DNA of 64,000 nucleotides from Erythrobacter sp. (GCA_046296075.1 JBKBMC010000001.1:13371-77370), one strand, 5' to 3'. Shown: positions 1 to 10,086, counted from the stretch's first letter. The notes: generated by a model from the sequence alone, not told the origin. Program-made: numbers and translations.

Positions 1-1294
1 TCGCCCGCGTGCCGAGCACAACGCCTTCACGCGGGGCAATCTGGAACAGCGGCGAATGGTGCCCGGCCACCGGCGGACCGCCTGCCTTGGCTGCCGCGAT
101 TCGCTCCGGCGTGGTGCCGCCGACCGCGAAGTAATAGCCCGGAACGCCGGTGTCGGGTGCGACGAAATAGGTAAAATCCTCCGCACCCATGTTCTTTTGC
201 ACAAACGGCACGACCGCCGCCTCGCCCAGTTCGCGCTGCATCACCGCGTTGAGCCGGCGCGCAAGCGCGGGATCATTATTGGTGGTGGGCGTGCCCGAAA
301 GCCGCTTGACCTCAACCGGCATGGTATCGGGCAGCCCGTGGGCCTTGCCGATATTGACTGCGATCCGCGAAATCGTGGCGATCACCTGTTCGCGGGTTTC
401 CTCGTCATTGGCGCGCACAGTCACTTGCAGCATCGCCTCGTCAGAGATGATGTTGTGCTTCGATCCGGCATGGAACGAGCCGACTGTCACCACCACCGGC
501 GTGAGCGGGCCGATCTCGCGGCTGTTAATGGATTGCAGCGCCGTCACGATCTGCGAGGCGATATAGACCGGATCACGCCCGAGATGCGGCGCAGCGCCGT
601 GAGTGCCAATGCCGGGCACGCGGATATCAAGCGAATCCGAGCTTGAATACTGGATGCCTTCCGATGCGGAAACCTTGCCCGTCTCCAGTTCGGCGGCAAC
701 GTGGAAGGCCAGCGCATAATCAGGCTTGCCGAACCGCTCGTAAAGCCCGTCCTCCATCATTGCCTTTGCGCCGCGCACACCTTCTTCGGCGGGCTGGACG
801 ACGAACATCAGCGTGCCCTTCCACTGATCCTTCATCGCGGCGAGCCGGCGCGCGGTGCCGACCATCGAGGTGATATGCACATCATGCCCGCAGGCATGCA
901 TCACCGGATATTCCTTGCCGTCCTCGCCGATCTGCTTTGCCTTAGAGGCGTAGGGGAGGCCCGATTTCTCCTCGACGGGCAGCCCGTCCATATCGGCACG
1001 CAGCAGGATCAGCGGCCCATCGCCATTCTTCATGATCCCGACCACCCCCGTCTTGCCGACGCCCGTGGTTACCTCCATCCCGGCAGCCTTCAGTTCTGCC
1101 GCCATCTTGGCTGCGGTGCGGTTTTCAAGGAAACCCATCTCGGGGTTCTGATGGAAGTCAAGGAACAGCGGCGCGAGATAATTATCATACTCCGCCTCGA
1201 TCGCCTTGCGGGTTGCCGGGTCTTCCGCAGCAGCAGGTTGGGCGGCAAAAGCAAGCGCAAACGCGCTGGTGGCGGCGGTGTATATAAGGCGCAT
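1..1294 (-). CDS. M20D-family amidohydrolase, secreted; C-terminus runs off the window start
   Basis: Not in the ORF track because it has no stop in the window. Manual translation from ATG at 1294 gives MRLIYTAATSAFALAFAAQPAAA (signal peptide), then DFHQNPEMGFLE, GKTGVVG, LLRADMDGLP, MHACGHD and QPAEE, all M20 motifs. Confidence 0.9.
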   Translation of the reverse strand, partial: MRLIYTAATSAFALAFAAQPAAAEDPATRKAIEAEYDNYLAPLFLDFHQNPEMGFLENRTAAKMAAELKAAGMEVTTGVGKTGVVGIMKNGDGPLILLRADMDGLPVEEKSGLPYASKAKQIGEDGKEYPVMHACGHDVHITSMVGTARRLAAMKDQWKGTLMFVVQPAEEGVRGAKAMMEDGLYERFGKPDYALAFHVAAELETGKVSASEGIQYSSSDSLDIRVPGIGTHGAAPHLGRDPVYIASQIVTALQSINSREIGPLTPVVVTVGSFHAGSKHNIISDEAMLQVTVRANDEETREQVIATISRIAVNIGKAHGLPDTMPVEVKRLSGTPTTNNDPALARRLNAVMQRELGEAAVVPFVQKNMGAEDFTYFVAPDTGVPGYYFAVGGTTPERIAAAKAGGPPVAGHHSPLFQIAPREGVVLGTRA

Positions 1295-1400
1295 TGGTTC
1301 GTCCCCCTGTATCGCCTTCTCGCTAGCCCACGCCCGACACTCCCGCAAGCCGGAGGCATGCCCGATTGCGCGGCTGTGAGTGCTCGCCTAAGGCGCTGGG

Positions 1401-2072
1401 ATGATCCGCACAACCGCCCGCATTCTCGCCAAGATCATTATCGGCTGGATCGCGCTTACCGCAGTGTTGGTGGTCACATTCAAGTTTGTGCCGGTGCCCG
1501 TGACGGCCACGATGGTGATGGATGAAAACGGCATCACCAAGGATTGGGAAAGCCTCGCCAATATTGATCGCAACCTCGTGGCCGCTGTGATCGCGGCTGA
1601 GGATTCACGCTTCTGCGAACATTCCGGCTTCGATACCGAAGCGATCGAGCAGGCGATGAAGGAAAACATGGAAGGTGGTCGCATCCGTGGCGGATCGACG
1701 ATCAGCCAGCAAACCGCGAAGAACGTCTTCCTGTGGCAAGGCGGCGGCTACGTCCGCAAAGGCTTTGAGGCCTGGTTTACGTTCTGGATCGAACTGGTTT
1801 GGGGCAAGCGGCGGATTATGGAAGTCTATCTCAACGTGGCGGAAACGGGCATCGGCACCTACGGCGCCGAAGCCGGAGCGCAGCGCTATTTCGGCAAATC
1901 CGCTGCGCGCCTTTCCCCTGACGAAGCCGCCCGCATGGCGGCGGCACTCCCCAGCCCCAAGAAACGCTCGGTCAAGAACCCGCGCGGCTGGCTTGCCCGG
2001 CATGGCAACCGGATCGAACGGCGGATCGGGATCGTGAAGCGCGACGGGCTGGACGCCTGTGTGTACAACTAA
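1401..2072 (+). CDS. mtgA: Monofunctional peptidoglycan transglycosylase
   Basis: GT51 motifs AEDSRFCEHSGFD, RGGSTISQQTAKN, RKGFE and EVYLNVAE; N-terminal TM helix. Confidence 0.93.
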   Translation: MIRTTARILAKIIIGWIALTAVLVVTFKFVPVPVTATMVMDENGITKDWESLANIDRNLVAAVIAAEDSRFCEHSGFDTEAIEQAMKENMEGGRIRGGSTISQQTAKNVFLWQGGGYVRKGFEAWFTFWIELVWGKRRIMEVYLNVAETGIGTYGAEAGAQRYFGKSAARLSPDEAARMAAALPSPKKRSVKNPRGWLARHGNRIERRIGIVKRDGLDACVYN

Positions 2073-2147
2073 CCCGGAACCCGGCGGCTTACCCATGCGT
2101 TTCGCGCGGATAATGCCCGCTTCACCCGATTTTTTGCACTGCCGCAC

Positions 2148-2756
2148 ATGATGCCGCAACAAGAGCGCCCTGCCGCCCTGGCTCCAGCGGCCTCGGCTCA
2201 AGCCCGTGAGGCTCTGCGTGCGGCCATGCTGCGGTTGGCCGATGGTGACAAGACCGCGCTTGAGGAAATCTACCGCGCTACACGGGTGAAGCTTTTCGGC
2301 ATTTGCCTGCGTATCTTGGGCGACCGAAAGGAAGCCGAGGACGCCTTGCAGGACGTTTACGTCAATCTCTGGCAGCGGGCTGACCGCTACGACCCTGCGC
2401 GCGCAAGCCCGATTGCGTGGTTGGCGGCGTTTGCGCGCAACCGCGCGATTGATCGTCTTCGTATGGGCAAGGTGCGCGCCGGCGCGGTGCCGGTCGAGGA
2501 AGCCGCACCTCTGGCTGACGAAAGCCCGCTGGCCGAAGCGTTACTGATCGATCTGGAACGCAATGCCCAGATTCACACCTGCCTCAGCACGCTGGATGAA
2601 CGCACACAGACCCACATCCGCGCGGCCTTTTTCGAAGGCAGGACCTATGCTGAACTTGCCGAGCAGGCAGGCGTGCCGCTTGGCACCATGAAAAGCTGGA
2701 TCCGGCGCGGTCTGATGCGCCTGCGGGCCTGTCTCGAAGCGAGCGAGCGGACATGA
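2148..2756 (+). CDS. ECF sigma factor, SigK-like
   Basis: Sigma2 region AEDALQDVYVNLW...WLAAFARNRAID and sigma4 region TYAELAEQAGVPLGTMKSWIRRG; ATGA overlap with the anti-sigma gene. Confidence 0.9.
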   Translation: MMPQQERPAALAPAASAQAREALRAAMLRLADGDKTALEEIYRATRVKLFGICLRILGDRKEAEDALQDVYVNLWQRADRYDPARASPIAWLAAFARNRAIDRLRMGKVRAGAVPVEEAAPLADESPLAEALLIDLERNAQIHTCLSTLDERTQTHIRAAFFEGRTYAELAEQAGVPLGTMKSWIRRGLMRLRACLEASERT

Positions 2757-3490
2757 GCGAGAATCCCGAACAGGATGTCGCCCGCGATGATCCGCTGATT
2801 GCGGCGGAGTGGTCGCTCGGCCTGCTCGAAGGCGAGGAATTGCTCGCTGCGCGCGGCAAGCACGCAGTGGACCCCGATTTTGCCTGGCGCAAGGAATGGT
2901 GGGACAACTGGTTTGCCCCGTTGGCTGATGAAATTGCTCCCGCCGAACCCTCACCCCAGGTTTGGGAGCGCATAGCCAGCTCTCTCGCCGCGCCCGAGCC
3001 CGGCTTGGCCGAAGTGGTCGCGCTCAAAGCGCGGGTGAAGCGCTGGCAGATCGTCTCGGCGCTTACGTCTGCGGCGGCAGCTGTCGCGCTGATGGTGAGC
3101 ATGTTCGGCCCGTCGCCTGCGCCTGCGCCCGGGAAACCCGCGCTGGCCGCCGCTCCACTGGTCGCTGCCGTACCGATCGGCGACACCGGCCTGCGGCTTG
3201 ATGTCACTTACATCCCGGCAAGCGAGCAGATGCTGGTAAGCGCTGCCGGCCTCACGGCGGACGGCGTGCATGATCATGAATTGTGGCTGGTACCGGGTGA
3301 TGGCAGCGCGCTGCAATCGCTGGGTGTGATTGAGCCGGGCGAGGTGCACAGCATGGCGCTTCCCGCCGATGTCACCCGCCATCTGTCAAACGGTGCGCAG
3401 CTTGTGCTGACTCGTGAGCCGCTCGGCGGCAAGCCCGCAGAGGCAGAGGCAGGCCCGGTGGTAGCCCGCGGCGCCTTCGCCCCGGTGTAA
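2753..3490 (+). CDS. Anti-sigma factor, RskA family
   Basis: AAEWSLGLLE N-terminus, P..VWERI, one TM helix, ELWLV and C-terminal LTREPLGG; coupled to the ECF sigma gene. Confidence 0.85.
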   Translation: MSENPEQDVARDDPLIAAEWSLGLLEGEELLAARGKHAVDPDFAWRKEWWDNWFAPLADEIAPAEPSPQVWERIASSLAAPEPGLAEVVALKARVKRWQIVSALTSAAAAVALMVSMFGPSPAPAPGKPALAAAPLVAAVPIGDTGLRLDVTYIPASEQMLVSAAGLTADGVHDHELWLVPGDGSALQSLGVIEPGEVHSMALPADVTRHLSNGAQLVLTREPLGGKPAEAEAGPVVARGAFAPV

Positions 3491-3556
3491 AATCAGCGCG
3501 TATTACGCAATTCGTCGTGCATAGGCGGCAACTCACCCGCTTTGCTGGGCTGTCCC

Positions 3557-3582
3557 GCATCCTTACAGGCACTCGCTCGTAA
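3557..3582 (+). promoter_or_regulatory. Candidate ECF-sigma promoter for the fasciclin gene (GCATCC-N15-CGTAA)
   Basis: ECF-like -35/-10 pair 47 nt upstream of ATG 3629; pattern match only. Confidence 0.45.
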
Positions 3583-3628
3583 CTTCATGACAAAGCCGCC
3601 ATGCGCTTTGTTATCCAAGGAGAATTCC

Positions 3629-4192
3629 ATGTCCGCTACTCCCCGACTGACATTCAAGGCCGCCGCCCTCGCGCTGCTGGCCGCCACCACTCCCCTCGCG
3701 ACCGCACCTGCACTCGCCGATAATCACGCGGGCCATGCCGTTGCCAAGGGCAACATCGTCGAAACCGCACAGGGCACCGGCATGCACAACACGCTGGTCG
3801 CCGCCGTACAGGCTGCCGGCATTGCCGATATGCTGTCTTCGCCCGGCCCGTTCACCATCTTCGCACCGACCGATGACGCGTTCGGCAAGCTGCCCGCCGG
3901 CACGGTGGAAACGCTGGTGAAGCCCGAAAACAAGCAGATGCTGATCGGCATTCTTGCGTACCACGCAGTGGCCGGCGAAGTGACCAGCACCGCGCTGGTC
4001 AAGATGATCCAGGACAATGGCGGCAAGGCCACCATCAACACTGTCATGGGCGGCACGCTCACCGCTGAAATCGTCGATGGCAAGGTTGTGATCACCGATG
4101 CCAAGGGCGGCACTTCGACCGTGACCATGGCGGACGTGGAAACATCCAACGGCGTGATCCATGTCACCGACGGGGTGTTCCTCCCCGCCTGA
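3629..4192 (+). CDS. Secreted fasciclin (FAS1) domain protein
   Basis: RBS AAGGAG before ATG 3629; signal peptide; FAS1 motifs TIFAPTDDAF, ILAYH and SNGVIHV. Confidence 0.92.
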   Translation: MSATPRLTFKAAALALLAATTPLATAPALADNHAGHAVAKGNIVETAQGTGMHNTLVAAVQAAGIADMLSSPGPFTIFAPTDDAFGKLPAGTVETLVKPENKQMLIGILAYHAVAGEVTSTALVKMIQDNGGKATINTVMGGTLTAEIVDGKVVITDAKGGTSTVTMADVETSNGVIHVTDGVFLPA

Positions 4193-4206
4193 GCCTTATT
4201 CGGCTA

Positions 4207-4299
4207 GCGCTGCGTCGGCCATCCCCCACCTCCCACGGTCGGAGCAGCGCATTTTGAACCCCGTCCGGCTCCTCCTCCACGGGCCGGGCGGGGTTTTTT
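4207..4299 (+). ncRNA. Candidate cuckoo-type sRNA: two hairpins with CU-rich anti-SD loops
   Basis: Hairpin 4207-4250 has loop containing CCCCCACCTCCC. Hairpin 4257-4295 has loop containing CCTCCTCC and is followed by a T-run. Confidence 0.55.
4257..4299 (+). terminator. Intrinsic terminator after the fasciclin gene
   Basis: GC-rich stem CCCCGTCCGGC/GCCGGGCGGGG followed by TTTTTT. Confidence 0.8.
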
Positions 4300-4384
4300 G
4301 TTCCCCGGACTTCCCGCGAAAAAGCAAACGGGCGCCAGAGCTGATGCCCCGGCGCCCGCAAGATTGATCGGCTGGATACGTGGC

Positions 4385-5650
4385 TTACGCCGCCGCTTCC
4401 TTCTGCTCCTTAGTGCCGTGGACGCGGATCGGTTCCTTCTTGCCGCCAACCACATCAGCATCGATCACGATTTCGGTGACGCCTTCCATGTCGGGCAGAT
4501 CGAACATCGTATCGAGCAGCAGGCCTTCGACAATCGAGCGCAGGCCGCGCGCACCGGTCTTGCGCTTGATCGCGCGCTCGGCAATCGCTTGCAGTGCATC
4601 GTCGGTGAAGGTGAGTTCCACATCCTCAAGCTCGAACAGCTTGCGATATTGCTTCACCAGTGCGTTCTTCGGCTCCTTGAGGATTGTCACCAGCGCCGCG
4701 ACATCAAGGTCGTGCAAGGTGGCAATCACTGGCAGACGGCCGACGAATTCGGGAATGAGGCCGAATTTGAGGAGATCTTCCGGCTCGCTCTTCTCCAGCA
4801 GCTCGCCAACGCGGCGCTTGTCCGGATCGGCAACATGCGCACCAAAACCGATGGAACGCTTCTGCAGACGATCGGCGATGATCTTGTCGAGGCCGGCAAA
4901 GGCCCCGCCGCAGATGAACAGGATGTTGGTGGTGTCGACCTGCAGGAATTCCTGCTGCGGATGCTTGCGCCCGCCCTGCGGCGGGACGGAGGCCGTGGTG
5001 CCTTCCATCAGCTTGAGCAGAGCCTGCTGCACGCCCTCGCCCGAAACATCGCGGGTGATCGAGGGGTTTTCGGCCTTGCGGGTAATCTTGTCGATCTCGT
5101 CGATATAGACGATCCCGTGCTGGGCCTTCTCGACATTGTAATCGGAGGCCTGGAGCAGCTTGAGGATGATGTTCTCGACATCCTCACCCACGTAACCCGC
5201 TTCGGTCAGCGTGGTCGCATCGGCCATGGTGAAAGGCACGTCAAAAGTTCGCGCCAGCGTCTGTGCCAGCAGCGTCTTGCCCGAACCCGTGGGGCCAACC
5301 AGCAGGATGTTCGACTTGGCAAGTTCGACATCGCCTGCCTTGCCGCTGTGCTTCAACCGCTTGTAGTGATTGTGCACCGCGACCGCTAGCACGCGTTTGG
5401 CGCGGTCCTGCCCGATGACGTAATCATTGAGCGTGGTGAAGATATCCATCGGCGTCGGAATTTCGCCTTCCTTGCGGCCGGCAATCCCTGCCTTTGTCTC
5501 TTCACGGATGATGTCGTTGCACAGCTCTACGCATTCATCGCAGATGAACACCGTGGGGCCTGCGATAAGCTTGCGCACCTCGTGCTGCGACTTGCCGCAG
5601 AAGCTGCAATAGAGGGTACTCTTGCTGTCAGAACCGCTCAATTTGGTCAT
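4385..5650 (-). CDS. clpX: ATP-dependent Clp protease ATPase subunit
   Basis: Zn finger CSFCGK...CDEC, Walker [12 protein letters not shown] loop and IGF loop. Confidence 0.98.
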   Translation of the reverse strand: MTKLSGSDSKSTLYCSFCGKSQHEVRKLIAGPTVFICDECVELCNDIIREETKAGIAGRKEGEIPTPMDIFTTLNDYVIGQDRAKRVLAVAVHNHYKRLKHSGKAGDVELAKSNILLVGPTGSGKTLLAQTLARTFDVPFTMADATTLTEAGYVGEDVENIILKLLQASDYNVEKAQHGIVYIDEIDKITRKAENPSITRDVSGEGVQQALLKLMEGTTASVPPQGGRKHPQQEFLQVDTTNILFICGGAFAGLDKIIADRLQKRSIGFGAHVADPDKRRVGELLEKSEPEDLLKFGLIPEFVGRLPVIATLHDLDVAALVTILKEPKNALVKQYRKLFELEDVELTFTDDALQAIAERAIKRKTGARGLRSIVEGLLLDTMFDLPDMEGVTEIVIDADVVGGKKEPIRVHGTKEQKEAAA

Positions 5651-5846
5651 TCCTGTGTCCTCGAATCCGCATGACCAAGCCGGGCTTTGCCTTGTGCGGA
5701 TTCGTCAAGTGTATCTTCAGCGCAGGATGAATCAACTCGCGCTGCGCTTTTTCCTGTCCACTCCATAGCGGGAAAAGCGGCAAAAGAACCGCAAATCCGG
5801 CTCTCTGCCTGAAGCTTGTCCCGCGCTGGAGCAGGTTTGCGACGGC

Positions 5847-6560
5847 TTATTCCGGCGCGCCGCCCGAACCGTCAGCCGACGAATCCTCGTTCTCGGGGCG
5901 GGTTTCGAAGACCTTGTCGATCAAACCAAAGGCGAGCGCTTCCTCCGCTTCGAGGAAGGTGTCACGATCCATCGCCCGCTCGATCTCCTCGAGCTTCTGG
6001 CCAGTAAACTTGACGTAGAGATCATTCATCCGCGAACGGATGCGAAGGATTTCGCGCGCCTGGATTTCAATGTCGGACGCCATCCCGCGCGCCCCGCCCG
6101 AAGGCTGGTGGATCATGATTCGCGCATTGGGCAGGGCGATCCGCATCCCCGGCTCGCCCGCCGCCAGCAGGAAACTGCCCATGCTGGCTGCCTGTCCGAT
6201 GCAAACCGTCGACACGCGCGGCTTGATATATTGCATGGTGTCGTAAATCGCGAGACCGGCTGTCACCACACCGCCCGGCGAATTGATGTACATGCTGATC
6301 GGCTTTGACGGATTTTCGCTTTCAAGGAAGAGCAGCTGCGCGACGATCAGCGAGGCCATGCCATCTTCGACCTGCCCCGTCACGAAGACGATCCGTTCAC
6401 GCAGCAAGCGCGAGAAAATGTCAAAGCTGCGTTCGCCCCGGCTGGTCTGCTCAACGACCACAGGCACCAGTGCACCGGTTACCGGATCGCGGGTGAATTG
6501 ACCCTGGGTGCCGTAGGTTTCGCCGAGAGTGCCGGACAGATCGATCATGGGGCTGTGCAT
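5847..6560 (-). CDS. clpP: Clp protease proteolytic subunit (alternative start 6548)
   Basis: [27 protein letters not shown] (catalytic Ser) and IHQP. Confidence 0.97.
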   Translation of the reverse strand: MHSPMIDLSGTLGETYGTQGQFTRDPVTGALVPVVVEQTSRGERSFDIFSRLLRERIVFVTGQVEDGMASLIVAQLLFLESENPSKPISMYINSPGGVVTAGLAIYDTMQYIKPRVSTVCIGQAASMGSFLLAAGEPGMRIALPNARIMIHQPSGGARGMASDIEIQAREILRIRSRMNDLYVKFTGQKLEEIERAMDRDTFLEAEEALAFGLIDKVFETRPENEDSSADGSGGAPE

Positions 6561-6700
6561 CCTTTGTGTTCTTTCATCCCGCTATGTCGGAGGCAGGCAG
6601 GCAATTTCAAGTGCGTTTACCGCGTCGCCTGTGAATTGCCGCGCTCCGGTCGCGTTTTCCCGCTTGCATGGAGCGAGCGGCGTGGCACACCTTGGCGCCC

Positions 6701-8209
6701 ATGAACCATCACACCTATGCGCGCACTGCGCTCGCCGCCCTGCTTGTTACCACCGCTTCGGCGGCGCTTGCACAGAAGGGCGGCTCTGCCAGCCCCGAGG
6801 TCGCAGCCGCGACCTATATCGAACGGATCCGCACGCTGGATGATGCAGGGCCCGAACTGAACGCGGTGATCGTCTATGATGCGGAAGCGGCAACCAAGGC
6901 GCGCGCGGCGAAAGGCGCGCTGCAAGGGCGCACCGTTCTGGTCAAGGACAATATCGAAACCGCCGAATGGCCAACCACTGCCGGATCGCTGGCGTTGGCG
7001 GCCAACGCAACGGGCCGCGATGCGCCCCTGATTGCCAACCTGCGCCGCGCTGGCGGGGTCGTGCTCGGCAAGACGAACCTTTCCGAATGGGCCAATATCC
7101 GCTCCAATGGATCAACCAGCGGGTGGAGCGCGGTTGGCGGTCTTGTCAAGAATCCTCACGCGATTGATCGCAATGCCTGTGGCTCGTCATCGGGCAGCGG
7201 TGCGGCGGTTGCGGCGGGGCTCGCTTGGGCCGCGATCGGCACGGAAACGAATGGCTCGATCACTTGCCCCGCCAGCGTCAACGGCATTGTCGGTTTCAAG
7301 CCGAGTGTCGGCATCGTGAGCCGGACCCATGTCGTGCCGATTTCCAGCACGCAGGATACTGCCGGGCCGATGACAGCAAGCGTGTATGACGCTGCCTTGC
7401 TGCTCACCGCCATTGCCGGGCGGGATGAGGCCGATCCGGTGACGCTGGAGGCCAGACGGGTCGCGGATTACACAGCCGGGCTTGCGGATTACTCGCTCGC
7501 CGGGGTGCGGATCGGGGTCATGCGCGGACAAGTGGGCAACCGCGAGGATTTGAAGGCGATCTTCAACACCGCGCTTGCCGATCTTGAGCGGGCGGGTGCG
7601 GTGCTGGTCGACATCACCTTCCAGCCCAACCGCCAGATGAACGCGGACAGCTTCACTGTGCTGATGTTCGAACTGCGGGAGGAAATGGGCAATTATCTCG
7701 CTTCGATCCCGGCGTTCAAGGAAGGCGACACGCCTCGCAGCCTCGCAGACCTCATCGCCTTCAACACCGCCAACGCCGACAAGGAAATGCGCTGGTTCGA
7801 TCAGGACTTGTTCGAATTGGCAGAAACCACCACGGACCGCGCAGCCTATGAAACCGCCAGCGCCAATGCGCTGAGGATCGCCGGACCGGAAACGCTCGAC
7901 AAACTTCTGGCCGAAAACAATGTGCAGTTCCTCGTCGCACCGACCCGCGAGGCGGCCTGGGTGAGTGATCTTGTCAATGGCGACAATTTCAATGGCTCGG
8001 TCGGGTTCGGGAGCCCGGCGGCAATTGCCGGCTACCCGCACCTTACCGTGCCAATGGGGGCCATCGAAGGCCTGCCGGTGGGCCTGTCGATCATGGGCAC
8101 GAAATGGGCCGATCATGATGTGCTGAAAGCGGGCGCGGCCTACGAAAAAGCGCGGACAGCAAAACTGCCCGCGCCTTCGTTTGAACGGTGGAAGCCTGCG
8201 GCGAAATAG
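6701..8209 (+). CDS. Secreted amidase-signature family amidase
   Basis: VKDNI, GKTNLSEW, GSSSGSGAAVA and GTETNGSI; signal peptide. Confidence 0.9.
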   Translation: MNHHTYARTALAALLVTTASAALAQKGGSASPEVAAATYIERIRTLDDAGPELNAVIVYDAEAATKARAAKGALQGRTVLVKDNIETAEWPTTAGSLALAANATGRDAPLIANLRRAGGVVLGKTNLSEWANIRSNGSTSGWSAVGGLVKNPHAIDRNACGSSSGSGAAVAAGLAWAAIGTETNGSITCPASVNGIVGFKPSVGIVSRTHVVPISSTQDTAGPMTASVYDAALLLTAIAGRDEADPVTLEARRVADYTAGLADYSLAGVRIGVMRGQVGNREDLKAIFNTALADLERAGAVLVDITFQPNRQMNADSFTVLMFELREEMGNYLASIPAFKEGDTPRSLADLIAFNTANADKEMRWFDQDLFELAETTTDRAAYETASANALRIAGPETLDKLLAENNVQFLVAPTREAAWVSDLVNGDNFNGSVGFGSPAAIAGYPHLTVPMGAIEGLPVGLSIMGTKWADHDVLKAGAAYEKARTAKLPAPSFERWKPAAK

Positions 8210-8216
8210 CGCCGAT

Positions 8217-8243
8217 CCCACCCTTCCGCGAACGGAGGGAGGG
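8217..8243. terminator. Hairpin between the convergent amidase and tig genes
   Basis: CCCTTCCG-CGAA-CGGAGGG stem-loop; no clear T-run. Confidence 0.5.
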
Positions 8244-8252
8244 TAAGACGGC

Positions 8253-9803
8253 TTACTTCTTGGCAGCTGCCTTCTTGGCCGGGGCCTTCTTGGCGGCAGG
8301 CTTTTCTGCCGGAGCTTCCGCGTCGTCATTGGCCTTCTTGGCAGCGGCTTTCTTGGGCGCAGCCTTCTTGGCAGGCTTGGCTTCGACTGGAGCGTCCTCC
8401 GCGGCTGCTTCCTTCTTGGCCGGAGCCTTCTTCTTGGCAGGAGCCTTCTTGGGCGCAGGCGCAGCTTCTGCGCCTTCTTCGGCTTCGATAGCGGCCTGAA
8501 GCTCCTCGACCGTCACTTCACGCTCAGTGATGTCGGCCTTGTCGAACAGGAAGTCGACAACCTTGTCCTCGTAAAGAGGCGCGCGCAGCTGGGCGGCGAC
8601 CATCGGCTCGGACTGGACATATTCGATGAAGCGCTGGCGGTCTTCCGGGCGATATTGCGCGGCGGCCTGCTGCACCAGCATACCCATTTCCTGCGACGTC
8701 ACCTCGACACCATTGGCCTGACCAATTTCCGAGAGCAGCAAGCCCAAACGCACGCGGCGCTCGGCGATGGTGCGGTATTCGTCCTTCTCGTCCTCGATCT
8801 GCTTCAGTGCAGCTTCAGGGTTTTCATCCTGAGCAGCTTCCTGCTGGAGTTGTGCCCAGATCTGCTCGAATTCTGCGTCGACCATGCTCGGCGGGACTTC
8901 AAAGCTGTGACCGGCTGCCAGCTGATCGAGCAGCTGGCGCTTCATCTGGGTGCGGGTCAGGCCAGCGGTCTGCTGTTCAAGCTGCGCCTTCATGATCTCC
9001 TTGAGCTTATCAAGGCTGTCGAGGCCGAGGTTCTTGGCGAAATCCTCGTCGATCACGGTTTCGGTCTCAACCTTCACCGCCTTAACGGTGACGTCAAAGG
9101 TGGCTTCCTTGCCCGCCAGATGATCGGCCTGATAGTCGGTCGGGAAAGTCACGGTGATCGTCTTTTCCTGACCGGTCTTCACGCCCACCAGCTGGTCTTC
9201 AAAGCCGGGGATGAACATGTTCGAACCCAGCACCAGCGCGGTGTCTTCGGCCGAACCACCTTCGAAGGGCTCGCCATCCAGCTTACCTACAAAATCGATA
9301 ATCAGCTGATCGCCGTCCGCCGCCTTCTTTGTCTTGGCCGCATCCTTGTAGCTCTTGTTGTTGCCAGCAATCCCGGCAAGCGCTTCGTCAATCTGCGCGT
9401 CGGTGACAGGAACCACCAGCCGCTCGATCTTCAGGCCATCGGTGCTCGGCGTTTCGATAACCGGCAGCACTTCAAGCCGGATCGTCAGCTCGGCATCCTT
9501 GCCCTGTTCATAGCCTGCACCCAGTTCCACCTGCGGCTGCATCGCGGGACGCAGCTGTTCATCGCGGATCACCTTGTCGAGCGAATCGCGAATCGTGTCA
9601 TTCACCACCTGCGCGTGGACACTTTCGCCATGCATCTTCTTGAGAAGGTTGACCGGCACCTTGCCCGGACGGAAACCCGGCATCCGCACCTGCGGTGCGA
9701 TCTTCTTGAGCTCGGCATCGACACGCGCGGCAATATCACCTGCCGTGATTGTCACGGCGTAGGTGCGCTTCAAACCTTCATTGACAGTCTGCTTGGTTTG
9801 CAT
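8253..9803 (-). CDS. tig: Trigger factor
   Basis: GFRPGKVP signature, FKBP domain (FIPGFED) and Lys/Ala-rich tail. The ORF-track extension to 9899 overlaps the tRNA, so start is set at ATG 9803. Confidence 0.96.
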   Translation of the reverse strand: MQTKQTVNEGLKRTYAVTITAGDIAARVDAELKKIAPQVRMPGFRPGKVPVNLLKKMHGESVHAQVVNDTIRDSLDKVIRDEQLRPAMQPQVELGAGYEQGKDAELTIRLEVLPVIETPSTDGLKIERLVVPVTDAQIDEALAGIAGNNKSYKDAAKTKKAADGDQLIIDFVGKLDGEPFEGGSAEDTALVLGSNMFIPGFEDQLVGVKTGQEKTITVTFPTDYQADHLAGKEATFDVTVKAVKVETETVIDEDFAKNLGLDSLDKLKEIMKAQLEQQTAGLTRTQMKRQLLDQLAAGHSFEVPPSMVDAEFEQIWAQLQQEAAQDENPEAALKQIEDEKDEYRTIAERRVRLGLLLSEIGQANGVEVTSQEMGMLVQQAAAQYRPEDRQRFIEYVQSEPMVAAQLRAPLYEDKVVDFLFDKADITEREVTVEELQAAIEAEEGAEAAPAPKKAPAKKKAPAKKEAAAEDAPVEAKPAKKAAPKKAAAKKANDDAEAPAEKPAAKKAPAKKAAAKK

Positions 9804-9869
9804 GGGAATGGGCAAAGCCTTCTTGAAGTGAAATCCATATAAGCCGGGCGGCGCGGAACCGGGCGAATT

Positions 9870-9954
9870 TGGTGCGGGCGAAGGGACTCGAACCCCCACA
9901 TCTTGCGATACCAGAACCTAAATCTGGCGCGTCTACCAATTTCGCCACGCCCGC
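9870..9954 (-). tRNA. tRNA-Leu (TAG)
   Basis: 85-nt cloverleaf GCGGGCG...CGCCCGCACCA; anticodon arm CCAGA-TTTAGGT-TCTGG; long variable arm; GGTTCGAGTCC T-arm. Confidence 0.97.
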
Positions 9955-10009
9955 ATTGCCCGAACGAAGCCGCGCGGGAAGCGTAGCCCCCCGCGCGATA
10001 TTGCGTGCG

Positions 10010-10038
10010 CCTCTATCCCGCTTGGATCAAAAGGGCAA
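10010..10038 (-). promoter_or_regulatory. Sigma70-type promoter for tRNA-Leu/tig (TTGCCC-N17-TAGAGG)
   Basis: 17-nt spacing; the -10 lacks the -7 T, which is common in alphaproteobacteria. Confidence 0.55.
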
Positions 10039-10086
10039 GCGCAACACGCTTGAAGGCAGCGCAAAGCCGGATTAGAGGCGCGGTCT

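Noticed and set aside
56-1525. Plus-strand ORFs of 196, 125 and 274 aa
   Set aside because: Antisense shadows of the minus-strand M20 amidohydrolase, which the ORF track missed.
4298-5389. Long ORFs antisense to clpX, and similar ones opposite tig, pyrC, serS and ptsP
   Set aside because: Expected in high-GC DNA with strong codon bias; no recognisable motifs.
9804-9899. N-terminal extension of tig in the ORF track
   Set aside because: Overlaps tRNA-Leu; ATG 9803 matches the normal trigger factor start.
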